A stretch of DNA of 64,000 bases from Perkinsus chesapeaki ATCC PRA-425 (taxonomy: Eukaryota; Protista; Perkinsozoa), in assembly GCA_013115145.1 (NCBI GenBank), contig JAAPAO010000125.1, positions 1-64,000 on the forward strand. The letters run 5' to 3'. Of the stretch, positions 1-11,775 are shown one piece after another. The notes under the pieces are model-generated. The model made no database searches. It saw only the letters and a list, made by a program, of their open reading frames with translations, and had not been told where the DNA came from. Both the position numbers and the translations under genes were made by a program. Positions within the stretch are counted from its first letter, which is position 1; each line of letters starts with the position of its first letter.

Positions 1-165
1 CTAACCCATTGGTTTTATTTTTTCCGCTTATTTTTACCAAAAAATTTGGTCACACCATGGGTGCTGAACAAAAAAAATTGACATTTTAATTTTTGGGGCC
101 CCCCCCCCCCCCCCCGATTTACCTCGGTTTATTTTCCTGATGGTATTACTGTGTTCGGTGGTCAG

Positions 166-928
166 GTACACCTGTTTATTACAGGCATGCGTCCACAATA
201 AACAGCTTCAGCGTGCCATACGACTGCATGATGCGATGGTTGAGGAATACCGAGTAGATCCTGACCAGAAAACGTGAGGCTGCCAGGCGTTGGTTGATGA
301 TGCTTACAACAGTCTCCCGCAAGCCTCGAGTCTCACGCAATAGCGTACAAAACTGCCGCGTCAGTTTATCATCTGCTGAATCGATTTTGTGAACAACGGG
401 TCACATCAACTTCGTTACGCCGTCCTGTTCTGCGTACCGCTAGTTGAGTATCTCTACCAGGTACGCGGTTCTGGCTCGTGGATGCATATACTCTAACCAT
501 CTCGAACTTGCATCCAGTGTTGTTCGATGTGCGTTCGGATTGTCGACAGCAAATGGGATGGCATTGTGCAGAAAGCCGGTAAGAACGTTCGCGCTGCGCT
601 GAAGACTCGCCAAAGATTGGCCACCGACACCAATCTTCGATCGCATTGCCTACTTGGCCAACCATCGGTAGCGCCTGAGGCGCTACGCCTCTCCACGCAG
701 AGGATGGCTGACTCTTGATGTCTATTGTGCAACTTGTCCCAAAGATATGGTGAAGTTTCGGGCTTGCTGGAATAGCAGTATAATACTGCCAATAATTGCC
801 CGGTTCATTTTCAGCCCGGAATGGAAACCCGTGTGGCGGAGGAGATACTAGCCCAAATCGTCCAGCGCGGTGGGAACGCATCCGCGGCAAGACTGGCGGC
901 TCCGCTACTCCATGACCTCAGACGGTAA
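166..928 (+). CDS. Pentatricopeptide-repeat (PPR) protein, 3' part (5' end outside the window or in poor-quality sequence)
   Basis: Manually spliced exons give YTCLLQACVHNKQLQRAIRLHDAMVEEYRVDPDQKT|YAVLARGCIYSNHLELASSVVRCAFGL...|PGMETRVAEEILAQIV...*. This matches the PPR pattern (Y..LI.AC...G....A..L...M....V.PD..TY). GT-AG junctions at about 273/459. Not in the ORF track. Confidence 0.7.
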
Positions 929-1062
929 CGATAGCAAGAGAGATTTGGAAATTGCATCGCTTACATGACACTAGGCCGTGCTGTACCAAGAATCATTGTT
1001 TAGTCGCTATCCTTGGTAGTTACCGTGGTCTTCGAATTACGGACACGACAGTGAATCTGATC

Positions 1063-1751
1063 ATGACCGCCGCTGCACAGCAAGAGTGAGCAGTTTAAGC
1101 CTCCGTCGTTTGGGATTTTCGACGTCAGGTATCCACATTTGCCGGAACGCGAGGATGCGGTGCGATATGAGGGGACTCAGAATGGCCCGCCTCCTCCCCC
1201 TCCCCCACCGACATCAGTTACTTTGCCTCCGTGGGTTCCTAACACAGTCTCCGTTAAGTCCCTCTACATAGGTTCACTCATAGCGGAGGAGGTGGCGCCG
1301 CGCTAGGCGCACTGCAGGGAAACCCTCGGTATTCGCCGCCACTAACACCTCTTGATTCACCTCACAGCACCAGCATGCGTTCTATGCCTACGGCTGGGGC
1401 ATCGGCTGAGTAAATGAACACTGTGTGGCGGCTTGTTGACGATTTCTACAGGTTCGACCGTTTTCAGTTGCCCGTTGCTCACCATCACGGAGGGAACCCT
1501 TTCATGGGGGTGTATCCCACTGCATCGTTCTGGTGAATAATTCCAGTTGGTTTTTATACGTGCATGGTTGCATCAGGGCTCCCGTGGGCGCACCTCCACA
1601 GAGAAGTCAGTCCGTTAGCTCGAGCCCTCCATTGCCGGTCGCTCAAGCATTGCCTGGTATCTTGCACCCCCAGCTGCACATGGAGTACGGGCCGGCCGTT
1701 GTTGACTGGCAACGTTGCTCTGGCAGCACCCAGCCTCCGGGTTATTCCTGA
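1063..1751 (+). CDS. Hypothetical small proline-rich protein (multi-exon)
   Basis: ATG at 1063 and a phase-2 intron give MTAAAQQEYPHLPEREDAVRYEGTQNGPPPPPPPTS. Later exons include FDRFQLPVAHHHGGNPFMG and ...STQPPGYS*. Confidence 0.45.
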
Positions 1752-2143
1752 GGAGAATGCTGAAGTATGATATTGTAGAGGTTACTGAAATATGTACTTC
1801 TTTTACTTAATCACCATCCGCTTACTGAATTCACGTATATTCGTTATTGTCGATTGTTCGATACCACCATGCAAGCGGAAGAAGTCGATGCATGACAGCA
1901 GACTAGCTTAGTTTCCATTCTACCACGGTTTCTGTGTTTGACTGAATGTCACTCAATTCCGTTCTGGGTTCATAAACGTGTCCGTCGACGAGATGAACGG
2001 AACTTGCGTTTAATCCAGCGGCCGGCCATCGCAAGTTTGCAGTTTAAGCAGTGGTGAATAGCATGAGGACCTCTCCAGTGCAGTACTAGGACAGTGGTAA
2101 CGATTGTTAGAGCTCACCGGATGGCTATGACATACCACTGAGC

Positions 2144-2165
2144 GGTGTGGCCCACACCGTGTGAG
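2144..2165. mobile_element. hAT-type excision footprint (near-perfect)
   Basis: g-GTGTGG-c-CCACAC-c-GTGTGA-g. Both loop bases are the complements of the outer target bases; one mismatch in the third D copy. Confidence 0.7.
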
Positions 2166-2750
2166 ACTCGCACTGTGAGCCCTTAGCAGAAACCATATGT
2201 CCGAGATGAGCGCCGATGCGGTGAGCTGATCTTTCTTTAAACTCCGTTACAATAACCCTTGTATGTTAACAGTACATCTACTACAGTACTCGGAGGTCGT
2301 ATTTGAGCACCATTGATGTAAGAAAGCTCTATCCGAAACCCGACTAGACGATTCGAGTGGCTTCCATGGGGGCAGTGCAAAGAACAATATCGGTTACCCA
2401 CGGGGTAGATTTGTTGCCTGGGCCAACTTGCCAACTGCTTTGCGGAGTATTCGACAGAGCGTTGAGCTCACGACACCCACAGCAGACGACGCTGCTCTCT
2501 TCGTTGAACACGAGCTCCGCCGAGCTCTATGATGAGCAATTATTTTGCTATCGGAATCGTACACTAGATCGCACACAAGATTATTGAACAACCGAGACGA
2601 TGCTTAATGAGCTTTATTTTGACTCTCGATGGATGTTGCGAAGTTAATAACGGACTACCACTGAAACTGGTTGTGGGTAATGAAGTTGGAGGAGCTTTTT
2701 AAAGAGCTCAACGATCAACATCAGTCTAAGATGGGACTTCTCTTGCCAAG

Positions 2751-3428
2751 TCATGGTTCATACGTACACACTCCAGGATAACCAATTTTCTCGCAGTAGC
2801 TCCCCACCCCCGCTGGACAATCCTAAAAGCACTTCTTGGTGCACAATGGTCGAATCTCGTATGTAAGCGGCTGCTCACCTTGGTCGAGTTGCAATACAGT
2901 TCACAAACTTGCAAACTTTCCGCCGTACGAGTGCAGCTCACTTTGCCCGTAGAGGGAGCAGGGCAATTTCCAAAAGGACAGAATGGCACGCACATCACGC
3001 CCGTTAGCTTGTATCCGAGAAGTGAGTCGGTCTAACGCAGTCCAAGACATACAGGACACAATTTGTGCTCTTTGTGTCACACAAAGAGCAGATATACTCA
3101 CTATAACATAGCTCAGATACATGCCTTGGCAGTCACAGTCCGTTATCTCTCTACTGTACGGTTCAGCGCTCAGCAGACATTGACCCACCGGCCTCTTATA
3201 GGCCAGACCTATAATACGAAAAGATATCGTGTCTAATCCCTCGTTTGGTACTCACTAGTAGTATTACTGGTAGTGGAAGAACGCACAGTCGGGTACCTAC
3301 GGAGGAACGCTCAACCGTACTATCACCGAGTTCAAGCAGCTCGCTCACTCGTCCAAGTTCCCTTGATGCATCATCTGGACCAAACCGATGGACACGGCGG
3401 TGGTCATGCAGAATCCCAGAATATTCAT
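2751..3428 (-). CDS. Small Cys-rich secreted protein, paralog 1
   Basis: Spliced: MNILGFCMTTAVSIGLVQMMHQGNLDE|YPTVRSSTTSNTS|LAYKRPVGQCLLSAEPYSREITDCDCQG..|..KLTGVMCVPFCPFGNCPAPSTGKVSCTRTAESLQVCELYCNSTK|DCPAGVGSYCEKIGYPGVCTYEP*. Cys spacing and intron phases match paralogs 2 and 3. Confidence 0.8.
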
Positions 3429-3500
3429 TATGTTGATAGTAATGCGAGGAGAGAATTCAACACGGACAGAAGAATCGTAGCCGGTTTCCGTCATGGTCAC

Positions 3501-3620
3501 AATGCAAATGTCACCGATGGTGACAATGCAAATGTCACCGATGGCGACAATACAGATGTCACCGATGGTGACAATGCAAATGTCACCGATGGTGACAATG
3601 CGAATGTCACCGTTGGAGTG
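3501..3620. repeat. 24-bp tandem repeat, about 5 copies (AATGCAAATGTCACCGATGGTGAC)
   Basis: Directly visible. It lies about 70-190 bp upstream of the paralog 1 ATG and reads as (DGDNANVT)n in the + strand ORF 3273..3710. Confidence 0.95.
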
Positions 3621-4301
3621 AAGATCTGGCGAGCTACATTACATCTGGTCATCTCTGATTTATTTGTCAACGAGAATGAACAATTTGCAGAGAACTGTGT
3701 ATTTTCGTAGCGAAAGAAAGATTATTCACTATCATGAAGGGAGAGACGGGATTACGGAGCTCCGGAGTGAGACCGTGGTGTCCAGTGACTTTAGCTAGTG
3801 TCCCGGTCACAGTGACCGTGACGTAACATAATATTGCGGTGCAAAATCCATACCGCACATAAACGGAGGATTCATCCCAGCCGATATACACGCGCTTCTC
3901 AAAGATTATGTCCCGACCCGCTTTCGGCACTGTCCTGTGATTGGCTTTCTGGTAACAGGTATGCGCTACAGCAGGCTCAGTACACGCTCGCCTCTAGAGA
4001 CGAGACACCTGCGTGACGCTCAAGACCTGTCTCCCCCTCAACTCCACTTCATTCTTTGTCTTCGCGCTCTTCGGAACCATGCATGCTGGATAGATATGGG
4101 GAGGAGCTATTGACGGAACTAACTAGAGGACTTCGATCAGCACCTTCAAAGAGCCCCGAGAGTCAGTAGGACATTTCATTGTTAATCATTAATGCGCAGC
4201 TGAGTGTTAACGGGCACATTTTGCTGTCGCGAGCTCCATCGGACGTCTGATTTCTGTCGGACTCCATCGGGGACTGCGCAGTCCATACTTGGATTGATCA
4301 C

Positions 4302-4323
4302 GTCTAGCTGCTAGACTCTAGCA
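4302..4323. mobile_element. hAT-type excision footprint (perfect)
   Basis: g-TCTAGC-t-GCTAGA-c-TCTAGC-a; inferred 8-bp target GTCTAGCA. Confidence 0.85.
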
Positions 4324-4761
4324 ACCTTTTCGCTGCGAGGCACGTAGCTATTAGTGAATGGACTTCATGCTGTTGTAGACAGCGGAGGGCGCCGCGCGCC
4401 CGCTGAGGAATAATTATGGGCGGAGGCGTGATCGAGACGTCGATTGATACTATCGGTAGACGATGGGCGACTCTGGTAACACAATCCTATAGGCTTTATA
4501 CGAAGTAGTGCTTAGCGGGCAGGCAATACAGCTTCGAGTTACAATAGCTTGAGACCTCGGGGACAAGTCATGAAGCGTTGGTGAAGCTAACTTCTCACCA
4601 ACAGCACGAATAAAGGATTCCGGCGAGTATTCTTGTCACTGCCGTTCGCTGATGAGAGCCATATTCCGGGATACACCTCTGTTTAGATAAGCATGAGACA
4701 GTGGAAACTGCTGTGGAGGTCGTGGAGTCCTCGGCAGGGATCCGTCCAACCCGTTTCACGA

Positions 4762-5070
4762 AGGTTCCTAGAGGCAGCCTTACTTTTCGAGGAGGTTCCT
4801 GCTCCAGGAATCCTAGAGGAAAGTAGTTCAGAAAATTCGCGCGAGCGCTCTAGGGAGGTTCCTCCTCTATAAAGTAGTACATTGCGTTACTCAAGGGCCT
4901 CATGATGAGGCCCTCATCACTGATGAGTCATCAGCGCAAGCAGAGCTGGGCACAAGCAGTCATCACGACCCCGCAGGAACATAGGGGTTCCTGAACTGGT
5001 CGAGATGAAAAGGTTCCTGGAATCTATCGCATCGTTGAAAAAGGTTCCTCGAGGAGCCTCAAAGGTTCCT
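4762..5070 (+). repeat. Cluster of AGGTTCCT motifs (6 exact plus 1 GGGTTCCT), all in the same orientation
   Basis: Exact copies at 4762, 4793, 4856, 5011, 5042 and 5063; variant at 4985; intergenic. Confidence 0.85.
4894..4934. repeat. Nested 1-nt-loop palindromes (compound footprint-like)
   Basis: AGGGCCTCAT-g-ATGAGGCCCT, CTCATCA-c-TGATGAG and CTGATGA-g-TCATCAG overlap one another. Confidence 0.8.
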
Positions 5071-5456
5071 GGATGAAACCCTGGTCCTCAGTGTACGAGA
5101 TGATTTAAATCGCGGCCGGATCTAGGTTTCACTCAAGACAGTGAGCCCATCGAAACAACGTTTCACGAGCAAAAAATGTGAGTAATAATGTCGCAGCTGA
5201 AGGGACCTAAATTTAGTTAAGGAGGCAATGGGGCGAGATTTCCCCGGAGTCTAAGTCATTCGCATCACGATCGAGCAATCTCGACGGTTTTATTAGACAG
5301 GGTATCAGATATACTTGTGTGGGAACGTCGGTGACTTACCGATGGTAAGAGAGGGCTCTAAGGTTTGAAGAAAAAGACAGCTTATGATTTCGAAGGCCTG
5401 AATCAGCCGCAAAAAGCTAATAACCAATGTATTTTCAAATGATTTTGGACTTCAAC

Positions 5457-6151
5457 TTAGGGAGGATATAGACACACCCGCGGTGCCTTCGGACCCACAC
5501 ATGTCGTTCCTCTAGGGCAATCCTAAACAAATAGAAGATAAGTGTTGTAGCTCCAGATGCCAACAAGGCTCACCTCATCCTTATCACACGATAACTGACA
5601 AATATGGACGCCCCCAAAATCAGTGCAGGTCGCTCTTTCGGTCGGTGCGCCCGGGCATGCACCTTCATTGGTACAGGCTGGCTCACACATTACCCCGAGG
5701 ATTTTTAGAAACGGCCACACTTCTATCTGAAGCCGGTAGAGTGGCAGCTAGCACGAAGCATAGTATAAGCTCCTCACCCAACAATGCAGGTAGATGTCCG
5801 CGCCAATGCAATAGCAGCCCTTTACTTGACCATCTGGCGTCAATTCACACGTCCCCTCGGGCCACGTGTAAGCTATGCCTGAAAAAAAGCAAAATAGCAG
5901 GCTTCCCGCTTGTGACGTTACTCTCATCATCAGGAAGTGCTATAGTCGACAAGTGCCTGACATACGAGTCGTCTGTGTACGTTATGAGCGAAAAGCGGTT
6001 CACTCACCAGGCCCCCTGGAAAATAGATTCATAGATCATCTGGGTACGGGCGATACACGACTCGTGTATCGCCATGTCTTGATCACAGTCGCCTCGTGTA
6101 ACACGAGGCGACTGTGATCAAGACATGCAGCTGATGCAGCTGATGGAACAT
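5457..6151 (-). pseudogene. Small Cys-rich secreted protein, paralog 2; signal-peptide exon interrupted by a 46-bp palindromic insertion
   Basis: Removing 6061-6106 restores MFHQLHQLHVLITVASCIARTQMIYESIFQGAW|HLSTIALPDDES|IAYTWPEGTCELTPDGQVKGCYCIG..|..KILGVMCEPACTNEGACPGAPTERATCTDFGGVHICQLSCDKDE|DCPRGTTCVGPKAPRVCLYPP*. With the insert, the frame from ATG 6151 hits a TGA. Confidence 0.7.
6049..6127. mobile_element. Long two-sided hAT-type excision footprint (12-bp and 27-bp perfect hairpin arms)
   Basis: GGCGAT-ACACGA-c-TCGTGTATCGCC, then CATGTCTTGATCACAGTCGCCTCGTGT-a-ACACGA-GGCGACTGTGATCAAGACATG. Target is t-ACACGA-g and both loop bases are as predicted. Confidence 0.85.
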
Positions 6152-7682
6152 ATTAACACTTAGCCTTGGTGGCTCAGGCGAAAAAAATGCTATTTCCTGC
6201 GATAAATAGTAAGTCGGTGACGCCTCTCGGGCTTGGGGAGTTCAAATTGGAACTCTGAGATGCCGGGGCGGTCCCAGTGGGACAGACTCACTGCGCATCA
6301 CCGAAACACGGTTTCATCAAAACTGCTTGTTCAAGTCTCCATAGAGGAGAAGCATCGTTTTCGATTTTTGTTATTGGGAGTTTGACAAACTCAGTTTGTA
6401 CTCATAGCGGCGAAAAAAGCGGCCGGCGTGAGGTCCAAATGCAGGCAGTGCCTCATGAGCACCGGCTTGGCCGCATTGGTCACGGAGCATTTATGACAGA
6501 CTAGTCTTCCTACTGCATACTCTACCCAGCTCCTACCCTAGCTTCTCAGGAGGATCTTAAGAAACCTAGAATATGCGCCTGGTCAAAACAACCGACTTTT
6601 TCAGTGTTTTGGTGTCAGAGATAGGTCTCAGTCGTAAGGCTAACCGATGAGTGCAACCCAAAGTTCATGTCGACAAAGATGACTCACATATGTATTGATA
6701 CATCCGTGGGTGCGTAACGAGACTTGGGATAGTCTGAATCCATGGGTCACGGTGGTTAGTCGCGATAAAGTGTCGTAGTCTGATTCTTTAGATGTTCTCG
6801 TAGCGTCTGGTTGATGAATTGACTGCTTCTAATACCGAAGGATTGGACTTAATCGACGTAACAGCGGCGGGTTCATTCAGACACACAATTTCAGAGCACG
6901 CCTCATTCAGTCTACGCACTCAGGAACGTAACACCAACTCCGAGAATATACTGGTAGGTTAAAGTATGCATGGGAAGCAAGCAAGCCTCGGGCCTGACTT
7001 GCAGTATGGAGATATCCACATATAGACACCTCGGCTTCTGTCACGCGGTCGCTCCCACATGTGTATGCGTACAAAAGCGGTCGGATGGAAAGGTACTTTA
7101 ATGACTCATTTGCCTGTTGATTTACGAACTAATCGTATAGTTGGATTTAACATGCTTTCAGCGATGTGCAAGCGTTTTGTCACAGTAAGTTTAGCTGGTC
7201 GCACAAATTATCCCGCTCGATTCCTGGCGAGTGCATTTCTCTTGCATTTTTTTTCAAAAACTCAAATAAAACAAAGTAAATCAGGTGGTTTGGAATTCAT
7301 TTATGGCGGTCATTTATCGCCTTATGTGCAATGGGCAGCTCATTATCGTCGCAAGATACCAGGGACTGGCCGGAGCCACCGTAGCTCTCTCGAATCGTCA
7401 ATATTTCTTTTCCTGTAGTCTCTTGCGCGCCTTTGTTTATGGACACTGCTTCCCCTGCCACAAGCAGTAGTGATTCATCTTCAGCAGCTCCGGAGCGAGC
7501 GGGAGAGCTACCACGGTGAGACGGACAAAATGATAAACATAGAGCGTTCGTTTTTTGTTGGGCCAACTGACCGTTCGGAAAAGTGCTCTCACAAGAAGTC
7601 TGCCAGGCCGCTGTTGTCTCTGGCATCCCGTCTCCACTCTCTATTCGTGACATTCCAACAGCGTGCAGCAGCAGTGACCGCG

Positions 7683-10600
7683 ATGGCTGAGGAGGGCCAC
7701 GAGCTAGAGGTGTCAGATAGAGAGCTTGAAGGTTACGTACAGGGGCTTACGGCCGCACTGGAAGCCGGGCGTCGGGAGGTAGCACTGATGAACGCCAAGC
7801 GTGGAATAGGGAATCTTAGGTTGAGGATGCATTGGAGAACTCGGCCAATATGGACTGGCCAGAGATCGACTCTGACTACGAGGCGCTCTGCCGTGCCCTC
7901 GCATGTGTTGACATTATCGGCATCTGCTTTGTAATATATCCTCGTTTGCCAAGGGGATGTGTTCTGCTGTAGGTATACGAATCTGCCACTCGATCGTTCG
8001 GCACGGCATCAAGGCTGCTTAATTGGTATATAACTCATCATGATATGGACCAGGAAATAACAGAGGTAGTAACAGTTGTGAAGTGGGCAGGTTTATGAAA
8101 ATTTCGCATTCGACAGTACAAGACGGCCTTAGGAAAGTCCTGTAGTGCGCTGTGATAGAAGGAGCTCTATACCGAATCATTTCACAGCTCGAATGCCTTC
8201 AGATATCAGCACGAGCCCATGACCTGCTGGTAGGCGGGCAGCTGGATAGAGAAGGCGATGCTGAGTTCTGGCAATGTCTGCAATTCCTAGCTTCGATGGA
8301 TATGTCCAAGCACGTTGCTCACCTGTTGACTCAGTGGCTCCAGGTTAAAGGAGAGGATCATGAGGTTGATCCAGGGTAGTAACAGTTGGCACGGAAGGAT
8401 ATATTTCTGAGTTCATGTTGATTTCCAACGCTATATAATATATAGTATACAATGCATATTCCTTACGAAGTTGGCGAACAAGAAAGCTCGGTAAAGTGCC
8501 GGTAGAGTTCCGCATCTTAGAGAATTTCAAGGATTTCTAAAATCCGAGCATCAAGAATTTCTAGGCCAACTCGGTGCGTCAGTGTTAGTTCTCCATTGAG
8601 CAACGCAACGCAAATTCTCATACTTCTGACGGCCACAGTTCGTGCTGCATCCCATGGAGTGGAACAGATATGTCGCGAGAACCGTTCTTTTTCCTGCGTT
8701 TTCTGCACTTTTGGTGTACCCGGACACAGCATAGGGACTATAGTAGCCCATTAAAGCGTGAATGAGCCGAACTGGGGCATCTTTACTTATCCAGGAGGGC
8801 TTTCATTTATACGCAATAGTATAGCACTGTTCAACGCGTATAGTTCTCGTCAAGTCTTGCCGTCGGTAGCCATTTGTGAATTAGGCTATATGAAGATGTG
8901 CGGCTGTTGGCAACGTTCTACGCAGACATCCCGTCAGTTAATGACATTACCACTCATAGCAGGACTACAGCGGAGTTTGAGAAACGAATGGACAATCGGA
9001 TGTGAGGAGGTTTGGTGAAATATGGGAAGGGTTTTGGCAGGAATCTTGCTTACTCGGGTTGGAGCAAGGTTTGTGCTACAGGAAAGCAGCATGATGAGAC
9101 TGCGTTCATGTGGAAGCTGAATGCCAGCAGCGAGGAGGTAAGTTGGTAGATTGATTGGGTCAAAGGGAAGCTTCGTGTAGGATATGGATTCTCTGATCAA
9201 ACGGATGTGCGAGCTGACATCTCCGGAGACGGGCCCTGTAGAGTCTGATACTGCTTGGTAGTAGTCTGGGTCGGAGTGGTTTGGCGAGCGGCTCTGTTAG
9301 GTATCTAAAGGTCATATTGGAATACTTCTGGTTCTATCCGAATCTAACTGTAACTGGCGGCGGAGCGAGCTCTATTGTGGAGTCGGCGGCGAAGCTGTTG
9401 TCTGGGGAAAAGGACGCCTCGGTTACTCCGATGGACGTCGTTGTCCACGCCTGTCTCACTGGAGATGTTAGCGAGTTGTTGACGAGCCTGTCGGCGGACG
9501 GTCGAGAGTAGTGAGCGTCCTGTGGCTATGGGAGCATTTTTTGATGTAGGCTTGGCGGGTCAATGGTCGTGTGCCATATAGTGGATTTGCTGTATTATTC
9601 TGGAAGTCTATCCGAGGCTCTGCCTGCCGAGAGGGATGTGGAGCTGTACAGGGACGGGTAGTAGCAGGGAGGGCGTGGCTTGGGTTTTCCATCAATTTTC
9701 GGGTGTTTTTCTCATTTCTACTGAAGGATGTATGTTGGATAAATGGGCAGGATTCGTACATGCGTAATTGTTGAGCTCAACTGGGGATAAATCCGTGGAG
9801 TATCTTAATGTATATTAGCTGCCTAATGTCAATACGCGGGGAGATAGTGAGGAGAATCTATAGTGGAGTTTAGGCGTCTGAAGGATTATGTTAACTTCCT
9901 GACGTCCCCTTGTGTGCCGAAAGCCCTGGGATATCGGCTGGCCGAAGACTATGCTGCTGCGGCGCATGAGGATAAACTATCTCGAAACAGACTGTCTGAT
10001 ATACTTATGGACATGGCAGGTGGGAATCCATCAAGATTTCGCCCCATTATTTCGGGTTCTCTCGGGAAGGAGGGAGGGAGGGAGCCGTTAAATTCTCAGC
10101 GTTGATGTTCTTATGGAATCCATATTCCTTTAGTTTTCCACTGATTTCGACCCTAGAACTCATCGCTGCGGTTTCTGTCTTGTTAATAATCGTGTTTTAG
10201 AGGAGATGAGCCCAACTGATAATGACGTGATGTCCGTAATAAAAAGGAGCTTAGACCACCGGCTGCCTGATGTAGCCCTCGACATCTGTTCGTCTCGATT
10301 TGAGTCTCTGAGCGACACTGACGTTCTGTCGGCGATTCGGTGGTTGGAACGGTCGCAGGATATCTCGGGCTCGCGCAAGCCGCTTATTTCTGACTATCTC
10401 GATAAGCTTTCTATGAGGGAAAATGGTGTTGAAAAACTGGTTGAGATTTTCAAGGCAGCGAACCGGCTTAATGGCGGTGCAGAGCTGGGGCGGGGAAGGC
10501 TGGGCTTCTATTCCCGTCTGGCATCCGCGGTAGAGCGGCCGGAAGCTGAGACGATTGCACGGTTGTTGGTGAGCGACGACTGCCCGTCCGAGGCATTGCC

Positions 10601-10784
10601 GATGCTATTAAGAGAGCTCAAGAGGAGTGGTAGCTGTGATGTTAGTGATGATGAAGCTATGGCTGTATGGGAGAGGCTGCAGGATAGGCGTTTGGAGGGG
10701 GATGAAGGGGATCTGGTGGAGGCATTATTGGTGGAGGTAATAGGAAAGGGAAAACGGGGGGGGGTTATCGTGGAGCAGGTGTGA
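7683..10784 (+). CDS. NUP85: Nucleoporin Nup85-like protein (multi-exon)
   Basis: Exon peptides DREGDAEFWQCLQFLASMDMSKHVAHLL and EYFWFYPNLT..SIVESAAKLLSGEKDASVTPMDVVVHACLTGDVSELL resemble Nup85 segments recalled from memory (..YW..V..LVL.G....A..ML; LLYSNPTV...PLDNILLAAFEFDI). Last exon is ORF 10206..10784. No database search was run. Confidence 0.5.
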
Positions 10785-11775
10785 AATTTGGTTGCTAAAT
10801 ATGGACAAGAAAGTCAACGATAAAGTCGTTGGCAATAAACGACCATGTGATGGCAAATATAACGATCATGCATCACATTACGGGTTGTAAAGTCACCAGT
10901 TATCATGCCGTTTGAAGCAACTTGTTCGGACAGGCAAACACCTTCAACGAGCCAACCTATATAATATATAACTACTTTAATCAGTATTATAATGTTCCCG
11001 TTTAGTTTTACTCTATTGCTTCTGTAATGTATATCTGCTTTCCTCTTTTAGTCCTTTCTTAGCTCTGGTAAAGATACCGGCTACGCTGGATCACCGCAGG
11101 CTTCTAGTGTTAGTGGCGATGCAGCAGCAGCTATAAACAGTCAATGGGTGTTTGTTTGAGAGGACCAGGCCGAACCTCGTTTCGATATGCTACGTTGAAA
11201 TAGCCGACTTTGTTTTTGTGTTGTTAAGTTCGATAATGGTTAGTAGTGAACTATAGGGAAGTGGGAGAGGTATTTTGTAGGTGGTGGTATAGGAGACCTT
11301 GAGCCTCTGGGATGAGGGGTGCTATGATGACTACGATATTTTATCTCTGGAAACTGTTGCTTGAACGAAGTTTCATGAAGCGTGTTGTATTTACATTTAA
11401 GCTCACTTGGCTTAGCCGTTGGCTGGCATTTACTAGGGAAATCGATGATAGTGTATTATTGTCCTCAATGCTTGCTTTACCCATAAGTCGCGTTGCTATG
11501 AGGGTGATGGGTTGTGAAAATAGTTGGTTAGGCGAGACTTCATGGATGGTGGTGTGTTCTCATTTCGGCAGCTTAGTTAGCTTAGCCGTTTGCTAGGTAA
11601 ATTGACGGTATACTATTACTGTCCTCAATCGTTGCTCTGCTCGCGAGTTGCCAATGAGGGGGCGGGAGTATTCGGTAGAAGGAGTAATCGGGCAACTCAT
11701 CATAGATGGATGTATAAAACGTATCGTCTCATTGTCTATTACCTCCCGCTCTGCTGCAGTTTTGAATTCATATCG

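Noticed and set aside
1-120. Poly-C and A/T runs at the window start
   Set aside because: Looks like low-quality contig-end sequence, not a telomeric repeat.
369-890. Minus-strand ORFs of 173, 99 and 68 aa
   Set aside because: They are antisense to the + strand PPR exons.
2290-2700. LSTIDVRKLYP and NNGLPL strings resembling a Penelope-like reverse transcriptase
   Set aside because: Only two short motifs in different frames, no YxDD motif found, and a third apparent motif was the antisense of the Cys-rich gene's last exon.
3501-5070. CRISPR-like interpretation of the 24-bp repeat or the AGGTTCCT array
   Set aside because: No unique spacers between constant-length repeats, no cas genes, and a eukaryotic context.
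8432-8453. CTATATA-a-TATATAG-TATACA footprint-like string
   Set aside because: Low-complexity TA sequence, one loop base wrong and a mismatch in D.
11326-11660. ATGATGA box-C-like motif and a short duplicated segment (TATTA[CT]TGTCCTCAAT at about 11455 and 11614)
   Set aside because: No matching CTGA D box or terminal stem for a snoRNA call; the duplication is too short to interpret.
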